From positions 12,548 through 76,547 of the forward strand of contig JAOAHF010000010.1 of NCBI GenBank assembly GCA_026415355.1: DNA of 64,000 nucleotides, read 5' to 3'. Under the pieces are notes generated by a model. That model did not search any database and was not told the origin of the DNA. It was given only the letters and a program-made list of their open reading frames with translations. This DNA is from Brevinematales bacterium (lineage in GTDB: Bacteria; Spirochaetota; Brevinematia; DTOW01). The translations under genes were made by a program, and so were the position numbers. Positions 1 to 9,604 of the stretch are shown one piece after another. Within the stretch, counting starts at the first letter, position 1. Each line of letters opens with the position of its first letter.

Positions 1-1443
1 AGTAGTTCCAAAATTTCTTGATATTAGTTTCAAGGTTAAGTAGTTATTCCAAACTTCGTCAACTATGATTATCCTTACAGTAGTTCCGATTTTTTTGTAC
101 TTACTATCTACAAATATAGAGGGTTCTTGATATCCATTATACCTTGCTATTGTTTCTGACCAACTTCTATATTTACCACCTAATTCTATACTTAGAGCAT
201 TAGGTAATAAACTAGCTGTCCTGTAGCCAAGGTACATGTATTCGTTTGAATGACTGTAGGGTATTAGTTTTAAGTTTTTCTCTTCGATAAAGCTGATTAT
301 TTTACCACCTTTATAAGGATGGTTATCCTTTATTGTGAAAACCATATTACTGGTGATTTTTGGAGTACTTGATATAAGATATTCGTAGGGTTCTATGTAA
401 ACAGGATTAGTTAAAAAACCCCTTTTTGATGAAAAATATGCTCTTTCTGCCAGATTGTAATAAACCTCCATGTCTCTTGATATACAGTGAATGTATAAAT
501 TTGTTATGTAGATAATATTTGAATGTAGGTTTACTATTTCAAAATATTTGTCAATTTCTCTTCCAATTTCTTGTGGTGTATCGCCTTGTAATATACTATA
601 CCATGTTTTACTGGGTGCAAAACAAACCTCGTTTACCAAGAGTTTTTCATAGATAGAAGAGTTGGTATCAAATAAGTTTAGTATCTTGCTAGTAGAATTT
701 AAGTTATCGTACTTAGCTACTATTCTTTCACCGTTGTTGAATCCTGTTATGTATCCTTTGTATAGATTTTGTCCAATTTTACTTACAACAATATCTCCTT
801 TACCTATGAGTTTTACGTTTAACCTATCGGAGTTGGTTTGAAAATTTAAAAATACTTCAACTATTTCGTTTGGATTGTAAAGGTATTTTGAAAACCAAAT
901 TCGTTTGTCTTTGTCTATATAACCTGGAGAGGGGTTACCCGTTGAATAAAATAGTGTTCCATTTCGTTCAAGGGATATTGAATTTAATGTTAAGCTCCCT
1001 GTATTAACTTGATCTATGGTAGTAGTGTTTGATATTAGTTTAACTGTAGAGACAATATTATAATTTAATGGTATTTCTTTTGCTAGATATTTTGTTGACG
1101 TTGTTAGTATTAGAGTATTTGATGGAAAGTAGAATGGTTTAGATGAATAAGAGTAAGAATATGGTAGTATTACAGCAATGTTTGATGAGTTAAGGATAAA
1201 ACTATTTGTGATTCCTTCTGTTTCAAAGTCAGAAAGGTATAGATTAGTTATCTTGATCTCGTATCCTTGTACAGAGAGTTTAAAATCTCTCAGATCAATT
1301 GGATTGGGGCTGTTGTTAAATATTTCTATGTACTGACAATAATTTGACTCATACGGATAGTTTATTAATATTTCTGTTATTTGTAGTCCGTATAATTTCA
1401 AAGATATGATCAATAACCCTAGAGTAAATGTTTTCTTTTTCAT
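1..1443 (-). CDS. Secreted lamin-tail-domain (LTD) protein, partial (runs off left edge)
   Basis: Hand translation from ATG at 1443 stays open to base 1: MKRKTFTLGLLIISLKLYG (signal-like), then LQITEILINYPYESNYCQYIEIFNNSPNPIDLRDFKL (LTD-type pattern) and a second LLVNEVCFAP...KYFEIVN unit. Not in the ORF track because it has no stop in the window. Confidence 0.65.
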   Translation of the reverse strand, partial: MKKKTFTLGLLIISLKLYGLQITEILINYPYESNYCQYIEIFNNSPNPIDLRDFKLSVQGYEIKITNLYLSDFETEGITNSFILNSSNIAVILPYSYSYSSKPFYFPSNTLILTTSTKYLAKEIPLNYNIVSTVKLISNTTTIDQVNTGSLTLNSISLERNGTLFYSTGNPSPGYIDKDKRIWFSKYLYNPNEIVEVFLNFQTNSDRLNVKLIGKGDIVVSKIGQNLYKGYITGFNNGERIVAKYDNLNSTSKILNLFDTNSSIYEKLLVNEVCFAPSKTWYSILQGDTPQEIGREIDKYFEIVNLHSNIIYITNLYIHCISRDMEVYYNLAERAYFSSKRGFLTNPVYIEPYEYLISSTPKITSNMVFTIKDNHPYKGGKIISFIEEKNLKLIPYSHSNEYMYLGYRTASLLPNALSIELGGKYRSWSETIARYNGYQEPSIFVDSKYKKIGTTVRIIIVDEVWNNYLTLKLISRNFGTT

Positions 1444-1679
1444 AAGTTTTTGAAATAGTTTATGTTTAGTGATCTTCTTCTTTCAAGAGAAAACAATTTG
1501 AGATTTGTATAGTGGTTTAGTAAAGATTAGTGATGAAGAAAAATGACTAACAGAAAACTATAAATCACTTTGTCAAAAGCTTTATGTTTTGCATTTTACT
1601 CAAGCCTAGGAAGAAGATAGTAAAATTCTTTTGATAACTTTATCTAAGAGTTTTAGGATGTCTAAGCTCTCTTTCGATG

Positions 1680-1930
1680 GTGGGAGATTAAAGATAGGAA
1701 TGCAGGTATGGATTTTGAGAGTATTGTTAGATGAGGTAGGTGTTGTAAAGGAGGTTGTAGTATGGAATATTAGAGTATGAGATTAAATGGGAAGGAGTAT
1801 AAGGTTAATTTAGTTATCTACAAGGAGAGGTGATATATATAACCAATGGTTTTTGATACTGATTTAGAGTTTATGGAGAGTGATGGAAGTATAGAGGAGT
1901 TAAGGTAGGGCGAAGTATTATGGAGATTTT
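1680..1930 (+). pseudogene. Purine-rich decayed coding fragment, possibly a transposase relic
   Basis: G-rich, C-poor tract in a 600-bp intergenic gap. Short broken frames (GRLKIGMQVWILRVLLDEVGVVKEVVVWNIRV*, MRLNGKEYKVNLVIYKER*, PMVFDTDLEFMESDGSIEELR*). No diagnostic motif. Confidence 0.2.
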
Positions 1931-2046
1931 ATATTTTTATATCTTCTAAGATCAGAATACTCTTCTACGAAGAAGTACCAAAATATAGACAAAACTTCAA
2001 TTTCATCTAGTGGATTTTTGATTAAAAGTTTTTTATTATATTTTGT

Positions 2047-3735
2047 ATGAAAATGAGATTTCTTATGATTGTTGTTGCTTGCGTAGCAGTTTTTGTGTTT
2101 TTAAAAATAGAGTTAGGTTTATCTCAGGGTTTTGTTGAGTTATCTGATATTCAGAAAGGGCAAAAGGGTATGGGTGTAACTAGATGGAGTGACAATAGAT
2201 TAAAGGAGTTTGAAGTTGAAGTTTTAGGAGTTTTGAAAAACAATCCCCAATCTGGAGTTATAATTGCTAGGATAAATGATGAAGAAATATTGAAGAGTGG
2301 TGTAGTTGCTGGGATGAGTGGTAGTCCTGTGTATATAAGTAACAAGTTAGTTGGTGCTGTAGCCTTTACTTGGACGTTCCTAAAAGAACCTATAGTTGGT
2401 ATAACACCTATTCAGGATATTTTACCACTTGAAAAGTATTTGAAAAATTATGTTTCACTTCCGAGTGAGATGAAGTATGTAACTCCAATAATTATGAGTG
2501 GGGTGTCAAAAACTACTAGAGAAATAATTCAAAATGCCTTTAAGAATGATAATTTTGTTTTTTTGGATAGTTTTTCTTCTTTTCAAATAAGTAGAGATAC
2601 TGATTTTGAAGGATTTAGACCTGGTGATGGTATAGGTATAAATTTAGTTTCTGGGGATATGGAGGTTACAGCTATAGGGACTGTGACTTATGTTGATAGT
2701 AATAAAGTATTTGCTCTAGGGCATCCTGCTTTTCTAGGTGGTAAAATGTCTATACCTATTTCAGAGGTTGAAATAGTGACAATAGTACCAAGAGATAATC
2801 TATCTTTCAAAATAGGTGTTCCTAAAAGGATAGTAGGGAGTATGGAGTTTGATGGTAGTAGTGGTATTTTTGCTTTAGTAGGTAAAAATGCACCTACAAT
2901 AAGTGTTTCAGTTCAAGTTGATAATCAGTACAGGTATAACTATGAAATAGCAAAAACCGGTGGAATATTATCTTCACTTATATCTGCTGTTGTGACAGAA
3001 TCTGTTTTGAGAAGTAGAGGAATATTTGGTGAGGGAAATGTTGAGTTGAATACAAGTATTGTGTTTAGATTTGATGGAGTACAGAGAAAATTTGTAATTG
3101 ACTTTACTGATATAATACCTGTTTATCAGATTGGATATGGTTATGGGATATCTATTTCTGATGTTAATTCAATATTAGATTTCCTAATATACAATCCAAT
3201 TTTCAAAGTTGAGATAGACAGTATTAGAATTGATATAAATACTAAGCCTATAGATGTTGGATTTATAGCTTTTGTGGTACCTTCGAAGCTTGTTGTATCT
3301 CCAGGAGAAGAGCTGAAGGTTTCGGTAGGTATAAAGAAGTTTAGAGATGATATAAAAGTTAGAGAGTTTAAGTTAAGGATACCAACTTGGGTACAAAGTG
3401 GAACAAAAATAAATATAGGTGCGTCAAATAAAGCCTTGAGAACTATTCAGAAGGTAAACTCATTTCCTGAGATGATAGTATTTGACACTTATGAAAAATT
3501 ATATAATTTCATATCGCATGACTTGAGAACTGATAAACTTGTATTGTATTTAGAGATACCATCGTCGAGTTATGCTAGTAGTGGTTATGTGTATAATCTT
3601 TTGCCTAACTACCTTACAACTGTATTTACCTTGAATCCTAAATCAAAGAATTTGATACCTTTCATGGTTGAAGATGAAGTGTTTGAGGAATTTCCTATAG
3701 GTGGTGTTGTAACAACTTCTATATTCGTAAAGTAA
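2047..3735 (+). CDS. SpoIVB peptidase S55 domain protein (exported serine peptidase)
   Basis: N-terminal signal/TM segment; GVVAGMSGSPVYISNKLVGAVAF S55 motif; second GTVTYVD...ALGHP repeat typical of long S55 proteins. Confidence 0.85.
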   Translation: MKMRFLMIVVACVAVFVFLKIELGLSQGFVELSDIQKGQKGMGVTRWSDNRLKEFEVEVLGVLKNNPQSGVIIARINDEEILKSGVVAGMSGSPVYISNKLVGAVAFTWTFLKEPIVGITPIQDILPLEKYLKNYVSLPSEMKYVTPIIMSGVSKTTREIIQNAFKNDNFVFLDSFSSFQISRDTDFEGFRPGDGIGINLVSGDMEVTAIGTVTYVDSNKVFALGHPAFLGGKMSIPISEVEIVTIVPRDNLSFKIGVPKRIVGSMEFDGSSGIFALVGKNAPTISVSVQVDNQYRYNYEIAKTGGILSSLISAVVTESVLRSRGIFGEGNVELNTSIVFRFDGVQRKFVIDFTDIIPVYQIGYGYGISISDVNSILDFLIYNPIFKVEIDSIRIDINTKPIDVGFIAFVVPSKLVVSPGEELKVSVGIKKFRDDIKVREFKLRIPTWVQSGTKINIGASNKALRTIQKVNSFPEMIVFDTYEKLYNFISHDLRTDKLVLYLEIPSSSYASSGYVYNLLPNYLTTVFTLNPKSKNLIPFMVEDEVFEEFPIGGVVTTSIFVK

Positions 3736-3796
3736 TTGTTATAAGTTTAGTAAAAGTTATAAAGATATCCTTCTATTTATAGGGAATAGTGGGTAG

Positions 3797-3825
3797 TTGA
3801 ATATTGATATAGAATTTTTTAAAAT
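3797..3825 (+). promoter_or_regulatory. Sigma70-type promoter for the HD-GYP gene
   Basis: TTGAAT-17 nt-TAAAAT, 9 nt before ATG 3835, no SD. Confidence 0.45.
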
Positions 3826-3834
3826 ACTTTTGGT

Positions 3835-5403
3835 ATGCAGGATTTTAGACAAGGGTTTGATGAGATTAGGGTTCCTTTGAAAGTATCCAAGTTTTTTATC
3901 CTTGAAGGTGACATACTTGATGAAGACATACTTTACTATGATAACTTAAAGAAGGGTCTAGTGCTTGATAGTAATACTATAGGAGTAATTCAGAAACTGG
4001 ATCAGATTAAAGATGTCAGAGTATTGAGATATAAAAGTCTTGTCGATGCTTTTGGGGTAGAGAAAAAAGGTAGTTCAAGTATTCATTTTACTGATGATTT
4101 TGATGTTAGAGTAGCTGAAACTGTAAATAGTTTTACAGACTATGATGTTAAAATGGGTTTTAGCGATGAAAAAATTAATAAAAAAATATCAGAAGCTATA
4201 AGAAATACTATTCTGAATATAAGAGGTAAAGATTACGAAGACAAAGTGGATAAAACTACTGCGCTAATATCTGATGCTGTTCAAAAAGATCAAATAGTAT
4301 CTCAAACTATGCTACTTGATGTTCGAAAGACCATAAGGGAGATATCTCAGAGTTTTGTTGATGCTGTATCATTGAAGAATGTTATTCCAATAAAGGCAAA
4401 AAAAGAAGTGGTGTCTTTGAATCTTTCGAATAAAAGTATTTCAAATTATTTTTTAGATTTGGTTGTTACAGATAAGGTTTCTTTTGTAAGTTCCGCAAAG
4501 AGTGTTATTTTGAAGTTTATAAATTCGTTTGGAGATGATAATAGTGGTATAGTGCTTAGCTCTATGCTCCAATATTCAGATAATGATGATTATGTAGTTG
4601 CTCACTCTATATTTGTTATGGCTTTGTCCATAATGATAGCTAAGGAACTCACGAATATAGTTTATGAAAAGATATCGTCAAATCAAAATAGCAAGATTGA
4701 TCCTAGAAGTTTGAAGCTTATTTCTCTGAAAACGTTTGATTTAGATGATTTGATAAATATTGGTCTTGCTGCTTTGCTTCATGATGTAGGTATTAGAAAG
4801 AATTTTGGTGTTATACCTCCATCTTACAAGATTCCATCTACTAATATATCAAAGATAGAGCTTCATCCTAGTGAATCCAGTTTTTTTGTTCAGAAGCTTA
4901 GCTTAGATGTCAGTGTTCAGCGAGCTGTTTACGAGCATCATGAATTTCTTGATGGTAGTGGGTATCCAAAAGGATTAAAGAGGTACATGTCAAAATACTC
5001 ACCTATAATAGCTTTTGCTGAGAAATTTAGCGAATTGGTGCTCGAGAATCCTTTTATAGAGAGACCTATTTCTCCTGCTGTTGCTTTAGGTTACATTCTC
5101 AAAAATGAGATTGGAAAATATGATAAAGATGTAATTTTTGCTTTCGTAAGAGCAACTTCTACTTATCCTATAGGTAGTTGGATTCAAATTTCGAATGGTA
5201 TGATTGGTTTTGTTAAGGATGTGAGTCCGAAAGATAGATCAAAACAAGTTGTAAAACTAGTTTTTAATGAATCTCTAAACAAAATTGAAGAACATAAGTT
5301 AGTAGATCTAGCTGAGTATGATGAGTATAAGATAATTAAGATAATGAATCCAATTGAATTATCTAAGAGAGTTGGAGATTTAAGACAGTATTACTTTGAC
5401 TAG
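3835..5403 (+). CDS. HD-GYP domain phosphohydrolase (c-di-GMP phosphodiesterase family)
   Basis: AALLHDVG, HHEFLDGSGYPKGL, C-terminal YPIGSWIQISNG..G.V extension. Confidence 0.85.
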   Translation: MQDFRQGFDEIRVPLKVSKFFILEGDILDEDILYYDNLKKGLVLDSNTIGVIQKLDQIKDVRVLRYKSLVDAFGVEKKGSSSIHFTDDFDVRVAETVNSFTDYDVKMGFSDEKINKKISEAIRNTILNIRGKDYEDKVDKTTALISDAVQKDQIVSQTMLLDVRKTIREISQSFVDAVSLKNVIPIKAKKEVVSLNLSNKSISNYFLDLVVTDKVSFVSSAKSVILKFINSFGDDNSGIVLSSMLQYSDNDDYVVAHSIFVMALSIMIAKELTNIVYEKISSNQNSKIDPRSLKLISLKTFDLDDLINIGLAALLHDVGIRKNFGVIPPSYKIPSTNISKIELHPSESSFFVQKLSLDVSVQRAVYEHHEFLDGSGYPKGLKRYMSKYSPIIAFAEKFSELVLENPFIERPISPAVALGYILKNEIGKYDKDVIFAFVRATSTYPIGSWIQISNGMIGFVKDVSPKDRSKQVVKLVFNESLNKIEEHKLVDLAEYDEYKIIKIMNPIELSKRVGDLRQYYFD

Positions 5404-5498
5404 GAGCAAATGTTTTTCAAAGTAAATTTTTGTTTGCTCTGAAATACAGAGTCTAAACTTTACAGAATAGAAGATTTCAAAATATGTTTGGAGGTCAT

Positions 5499-5660
5499 AT
5501 GGAAAACCTTAAATTTCAATTAACTCTTGATATCAGATACTCAAAGAAGAGAACAAGATCAAAAACAATAACTTTGTACTACATAATTCTTGGATTACCA
5601 CCATGTAAGGATAATAGAAAAGTCTTTGATAAGGTTGGGATAAAGGAAGTATTTATGTAA
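5499..5660 (+). CDS. Small hypothetical ORF (53 aa)
   Basis: GGAGG at 5490-5494 then ATG: MENLKFQLTLDIRYSKKRTRSKTITLYYIILGLPPCKDNRKVFDKVGIKEVFM*. No recognisable family. Confidence 0.3.
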   Translation: MENLKFQLTLDIRYSKKRTRSKTITLYYIILGLPPCKDNRKVFDKVGIKEVFM

Positions 5661-5892
5661 AACAAAACTATCGCTTAAGAAAGTACCGATTTCTTTTACT
5701 AGAAGTTTATTGTATTTTAGAGAAAATTGTTTGCTTAGTATCTGTTAAGGCAAAAGGAAGTAAGTAAGTATTGTACATAATTAAGTAATATAAGTGATAC
5801 TTAAAATCTTGGAATTTAACAACTTTATAATGGATTTTTTGAAAATACTTTTTTGTATTAGTTATACTTAAATCCTATCTAGGAGGTTTATA

Positions 5893-6957
5893 ATGTCTAA
5901 ACAGTATGATATTGCTTTGATACCTGGAGATGGTACTGGACCTGAGGTTATAAACGAAGGTGTTAAGGTGCTTAAGGCTGTTGGATCCAAATATGGTATT
6001 GAATTTAAGTTTGTTAATTACCCTTATGGAGGAGAACACTATCTTAAGACAGGAGAAGTTTTACCTGACAGTGCTATACAGGAATTCAAGGATTTTGATG
6101 CTATATATTTGGGTGCGGTAGGAGATCCTAGGGTTAAACCAGGGATTCTAGAGAGAGGTATATTACTTAAGTTAAGGTTTGACCTTGATTTATATGTTAA
6201 TTTAAGACCTGCACATCTGTACGAAGGAGTTTGGACACCTTTGAAAGATAAAGGGCCTAATGAGATAAACTTTACTGTTATAAGGGAGAATACTGAGGGG
6301 TTATACGTTGGTGCAGGAGGATTTTTGTACAAAGGTACTCCAAGAGAAGTAGCAGTTCAGGAAATGATATGTACTAGACATGGTACTGAAAGGATAATAA
6401 GGTTTGCTTTTGATTATGCTAGAAGGTATGGTAGAGAAAAGAAACTAACCATGGTTGGTAAGACTAATGTTTTAAATTATGCTCATGATTTGTGGGCTAG
6501 GGTTTTTGATGAAGTTTCGAAAGAGTATCCTGATGTTAAAACAGACTATGCGCATGTTGATGCTACTTGTATGTGGATGGTGAAGAATCCTGAATGGTTT
6601 GATATTATTGTTACAGATAATATGTTTGGTGATATAATAACCGATCTTGCAGCGATAATACAGGGAGGACTTGGAGTTGCTGCTGGTGGTAATATAAACC
6701 CAGAAGGTGTATCTATGTTTGAACCTATGGGTGGTTCTGCTCCTAAATATACAGGTAAAAATGTTATAAATCCAATAGCAGCAATCGAAGCAGGAAGGCT
6801 TATGGTACAGTTTCTAGGGGAAGAAGAAGCTGCAAAGGCTATACAAGAAGCAGTTAAGAAAACCGTGAAAATGATGAAAAGTATGAACGCAGGACAAATG
6901 GGATATTCAACTACTGAAGTAGGTGACCTAGTTATTAAACATTTACTTTCAGAGTAG
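5893..6957 (+). CDS. leuB: 3-isopropylmalate dehydrogenase
   Basis: IPGDGTGPEV, LRFDLDLYVNLRP, IRENTEGLY, DNMFGDIITDLAA, FEPMGGSAPK; SD AGGAGG. Confidence 0.85.
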   Translation: MSKQYDIALIPGDGTGPEVINEGVKVLKAVGSKYGIEFKFVNYPYGGEHYLKTGEVLPDSAIQEFKDFDAIYLGAVGDPRVKPGILERGILLKLRFDLDLYVNLRPAHLYEGVWTPLKDKGPNEINFTVIRENTEGLYVGAGGFLYKGTPREVAVQEMICTRHGTERIIRFAFDYARRYGREKKLTMVGKTNVLNYAHDLWARVFDEVSKEYPDVKTDYAHVDATCMWMVKNPEWFDIIVTDNMFGDIITDLAAIIQGGLGVAAGGNINPEGVSMFEPMGGSAPKYTGKNVINPIAAIEAGRLMVQFLGEEEAAKAIQEAVKKTVKMMKSMNAGQMGYSTTEVGDLVIKHLLSE

Positions 6958-7081
6958 AAGATAATTATCACTACATTAAAGATTTCTGTAAAATGTGGTA
7001 TATGTTGTTATAATTTAGCAACAAGAACCTTGAATAATTTCCTTATTAGATCTTTGGTTTTAGATTGTTGAAAAGTAGTTT

Positions 7082-8395
7082 TTATACTATTTTGGATAGA
7101 TTTTTTAGAAATATAGTACCTATTTTTTCATCAAAATGTTGTCCAAGATTTTCACGAAACAGCTGTTTTATGCTTTCTATATCTAATTTCTCTCTATAAA
7201 CTCTTGAGGAATTAAGGGCATCAAATACATCAGCAATTGTGGTTATTTTTACATAATCTGGTATGAGTTTGCCATTTAGTCTTAAAGGGTATCCCTCTCC
7301 ATTAACTTTTTCGTGGTGTAGGTATGCTATATCACTTAGATCTCTAAATAAACTAACAGAGGAAAGTAATTCCTTACCTATAACAGTATGTGTTTTCATT
7401 TCTTCCATCATGTCAGGTGGTAGTTTTGATGGATGTAACAAAACCTCATCTCTTACTCCTAATTTTCCTATATCGTGTAACAAAGCACCTAGTTCTATGA
7501 AGTTTGGCATATGCGTATTTTTATATATAATCTTGGCAAGATTATAAGAATATTTTGCTACTCTTTCAGAATGACCTTTAGTGTAGTAATCTCTTTCTTC
7601 AAGAATCGATATTAACATAACTGTAAACCATCTAAATATGGTTTCCTCGTTTTTGTATTCTTTTGAGAGTTCTTCTAGTAGGGTTTTGTAGTTTTTGTAT
7701 TTTTCTATTGTAGTTCTTATCATGTTTATTATTGTGGTAAGGTTGAATAATGTTATTACGGATAACGAAATGATTGTGTTTATGATGTTTTTGTTTTCTT
7801 CTTTTGTAAGTTCGTTTGCTACTGAAATTGCTAGAAGAGATGGTAGCAAAATGGTTATGAATATACTGATTTTTTTGATATTATTTAATTCTTTGTTGTA
7901 TATTCCGAAGAAATTAACACTTTCGATTACAGAAACTGATATTGGTATTGTTATTATCAACAGCTTAACAGATGGTATGTCGTATAGGGAACCAAGTATT
8001 AGAAATATTGAAGTAATAAAAGTTACAATACCGTATATAGTTAAGTAGGATTTACTTATTGTATCGTGTCTATTGGTTGTTATTCTTACTATCAATGGTG
8101 ATACGAAGATAAATGCCGTGAGTGAAAGATCTTTTAGAAGGCGAAATGTTGTATAACCATATACGTTTTCGAAAATATAGTTAAATAGAAACAAAAATAT
8201 AAGGGAGTTTGTTAGGAAGTTTGTGAGAAAGTGTCTTTGGTTATAGTATAAGTACCTTAAGTTTTTCTGTTTAAGAATCGAAAAATTTGATAGTATTAGA
8301 GATAAATATATAAACCATGAAACAAATGTTATACCGGCGTTTATTGATATTACTATGTTTTCTATGTTCTCATCTAATGTATCTTCAAGAAACAT
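7082..8395 (-). CDS. Membrane-anchored HD-GYP phosphodiesterase
   Basis: About 6-7 hydrophobic N-terminal segments, then GHSERVA, LHDIGK, HHEKVNGEGYP, IADVFDAL; start overlaps the thiH stop. Confidence 0.88.
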   Translation of the reverse strand: MFLEDTLDENIENIVISINAGITFVSWFIYLSLILSNFSILKQKNLRYLYYNQRHFLTNFLTNSLIFLFLFNYIFENVYGYTTFRLLKDLSLTAFIFVSPLIVRITTNRHDTISKSYLTIYGIVTFITSIFLILGSLYDIPSVKLLIITIPISVSVIESVNFFGIYNKELNNIKKISIFITILLPSLLAISVANELTKEENKNIINTIISLSVITLFNLTTIINMIRTTIEKYKNYKTLLEELSKEYKNEETIFRWFTVMLISILEERDYYTKGHSERVAKYSYNLAKIIYKNTHMPNFIELGALLHDIGKLGVRDEVLLHPSKLPPDMMEEMKTHTVIGKELLSSVSLFRDLSDIAYLHHEKVNGEGYPLRLNGKLIPDYVKITTIADVFDALNSSRVYREKLDIESIKQLFRENLGQHFDEKIGTIFLKNLSKIV

Positions 8396-9524
8396 GGAAT
8401 TCTTTAATCCAGTTTACAAAGGTAGGTAGTAATCCTTTAGATTTTAGCATTTCTGTAAACTCTTGTATGGTTCTTTCGTCGGAGATATCAAATTGTGATG
8501 ATTTTATATTTTGTGAGTAGCCACCTACTGCGGTTGATGATTCTGCTGACATTCTAGTAGGACCTAGAAGTGCTATATTGTCTCTAAATGTACTAGATTC
8601 TCTAGTCGAGATGTTTATGGATACTCTTTTTAGGAATATTCTTGCAACTGTTATAAATTGTACCAAATCTATATCGCTGACAGGATATAGGTCGAATTTG
8701 AAATTACTACTATTGTGTATAGGTCTCATTCTAGGAAATGAAATACCTATTTCGACATTGGGATATGTTTCAAAGAGATATTCTGCATGTTTGAGTACGA
8801 AAAATACTTCTCTTCTTACAGGTGCTAATCCTAGTAAAGCTCCTATATTTATCTCTCTAAATCCAGATCTGCATCCCCTATCTGGTGTTTCCAATCTGTA
8901 TGTGTAGTTTTTCTTAGGACCAAACAAATGGAGTTTGTCGTAGATTTCTTTGTTATATACTTCTTGATATACTATTAGACCCTCTGCTCCACTTTCTATT
9001 ACCTTTTTATAATCTTCTTCATCCATTGGGTATATTTCAATAGAAACTTCATCAAAGTACTCCTTTAAAACCCTTATAACACTTGTTATGTATTCTACGC
9101 CGACTAATTTAGATTCACCTGTAAGTAGTAGCACGTGTCTTATACCTTTACTTCTTAAGATTTTGGCTTCTTCTCTGACTTTATCTAAAGGTAGGGTTGT
9201 CCTTTTGAATTTTTCAAGTACGCTAAAACCGCAATACAAACATGCGTTTACACAATGATCTGATACGTACAGTGGAGCGTATATGAAAATTACATTTCCA
9301 AAAAACTGTCTTGTTATTTTGTAGGACTTTCTTGCCAAAAGTTCTATGTATTTATGTGCTTTAGGTGATAATAGGGCAATTAGGTCGTTGTCATTTAAAT
9401 ATTCTTTTGTTAAAGCTTTTTCAACATCATCGTATGATACATCTTCAAACAATTTTTCAAAGTTCCAGCTATAATACTTTTCTAGAATCTGTAAGAAACT
9501 GCTTTTTTCTTTTAGTATTATCAT
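8385..9524 (-). CDS. thiH: 2-iminoacetate synthase ThiH (radical SAM tyrosine lyase)
   Basis: YAPLYVSDHCVNACLYCGF (CxxxCxxC), YQEVY, GPKKNYTYRL, IGALLGL, SFPRMRP, ISTRES. Confidence 0.88.
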   Translation of the reverse strand: MIILKEKSSFLQILEKYYSWNFEKLFEDVSYDDVEKALTKEYLNDNDLIALLSPKAHKYIELLARKSYKITRQFFGNVIFIYAPLYVSDHCVNACLYCGFSVLEKFKRTTLPLDKVREEAKILRSKGIRHVLLLTGESKLVGVEYITSVIRVLKEYFDEVSIEIYPMDEEDYKKVIESGAEGLIVYQEVYNKEIYDKLHLFGPKKNYTYRLETPDRGCRSGFREINIGALLGLAPVRREVFFVLKHAEYLFETYPNVEIGISFPRMRPIHNSSNFKFDLYPVSDIDLVQFITVARIFLKRVSINISTRESSTFRDNIALLGPTRMSAESSTAVGGYSQNIKSSQFDISDERTIQEFTEMLKSKGLLPTFVNWIKEFHVS

Positions 9525-9530
9525 AAGTTA

Positions 9531-9560
9531 ATTATAACAATTTCTGAAGTTTTTATCCAA
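9531..9560 (-). promoter_or_regulatory. Sigma70-type promoter for thiH (leaderless architecture)
   Basis: Minus strand TTGGAT-18 nt-TATAAT, 6 nt before the ATG at 9524, no SD. Confidence 0.5.
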
Positions 9561-9604
9561 TTTTTTGTAACTGTTGTTTTGATGAGTGATATAAATTTTA
9601 TCGT

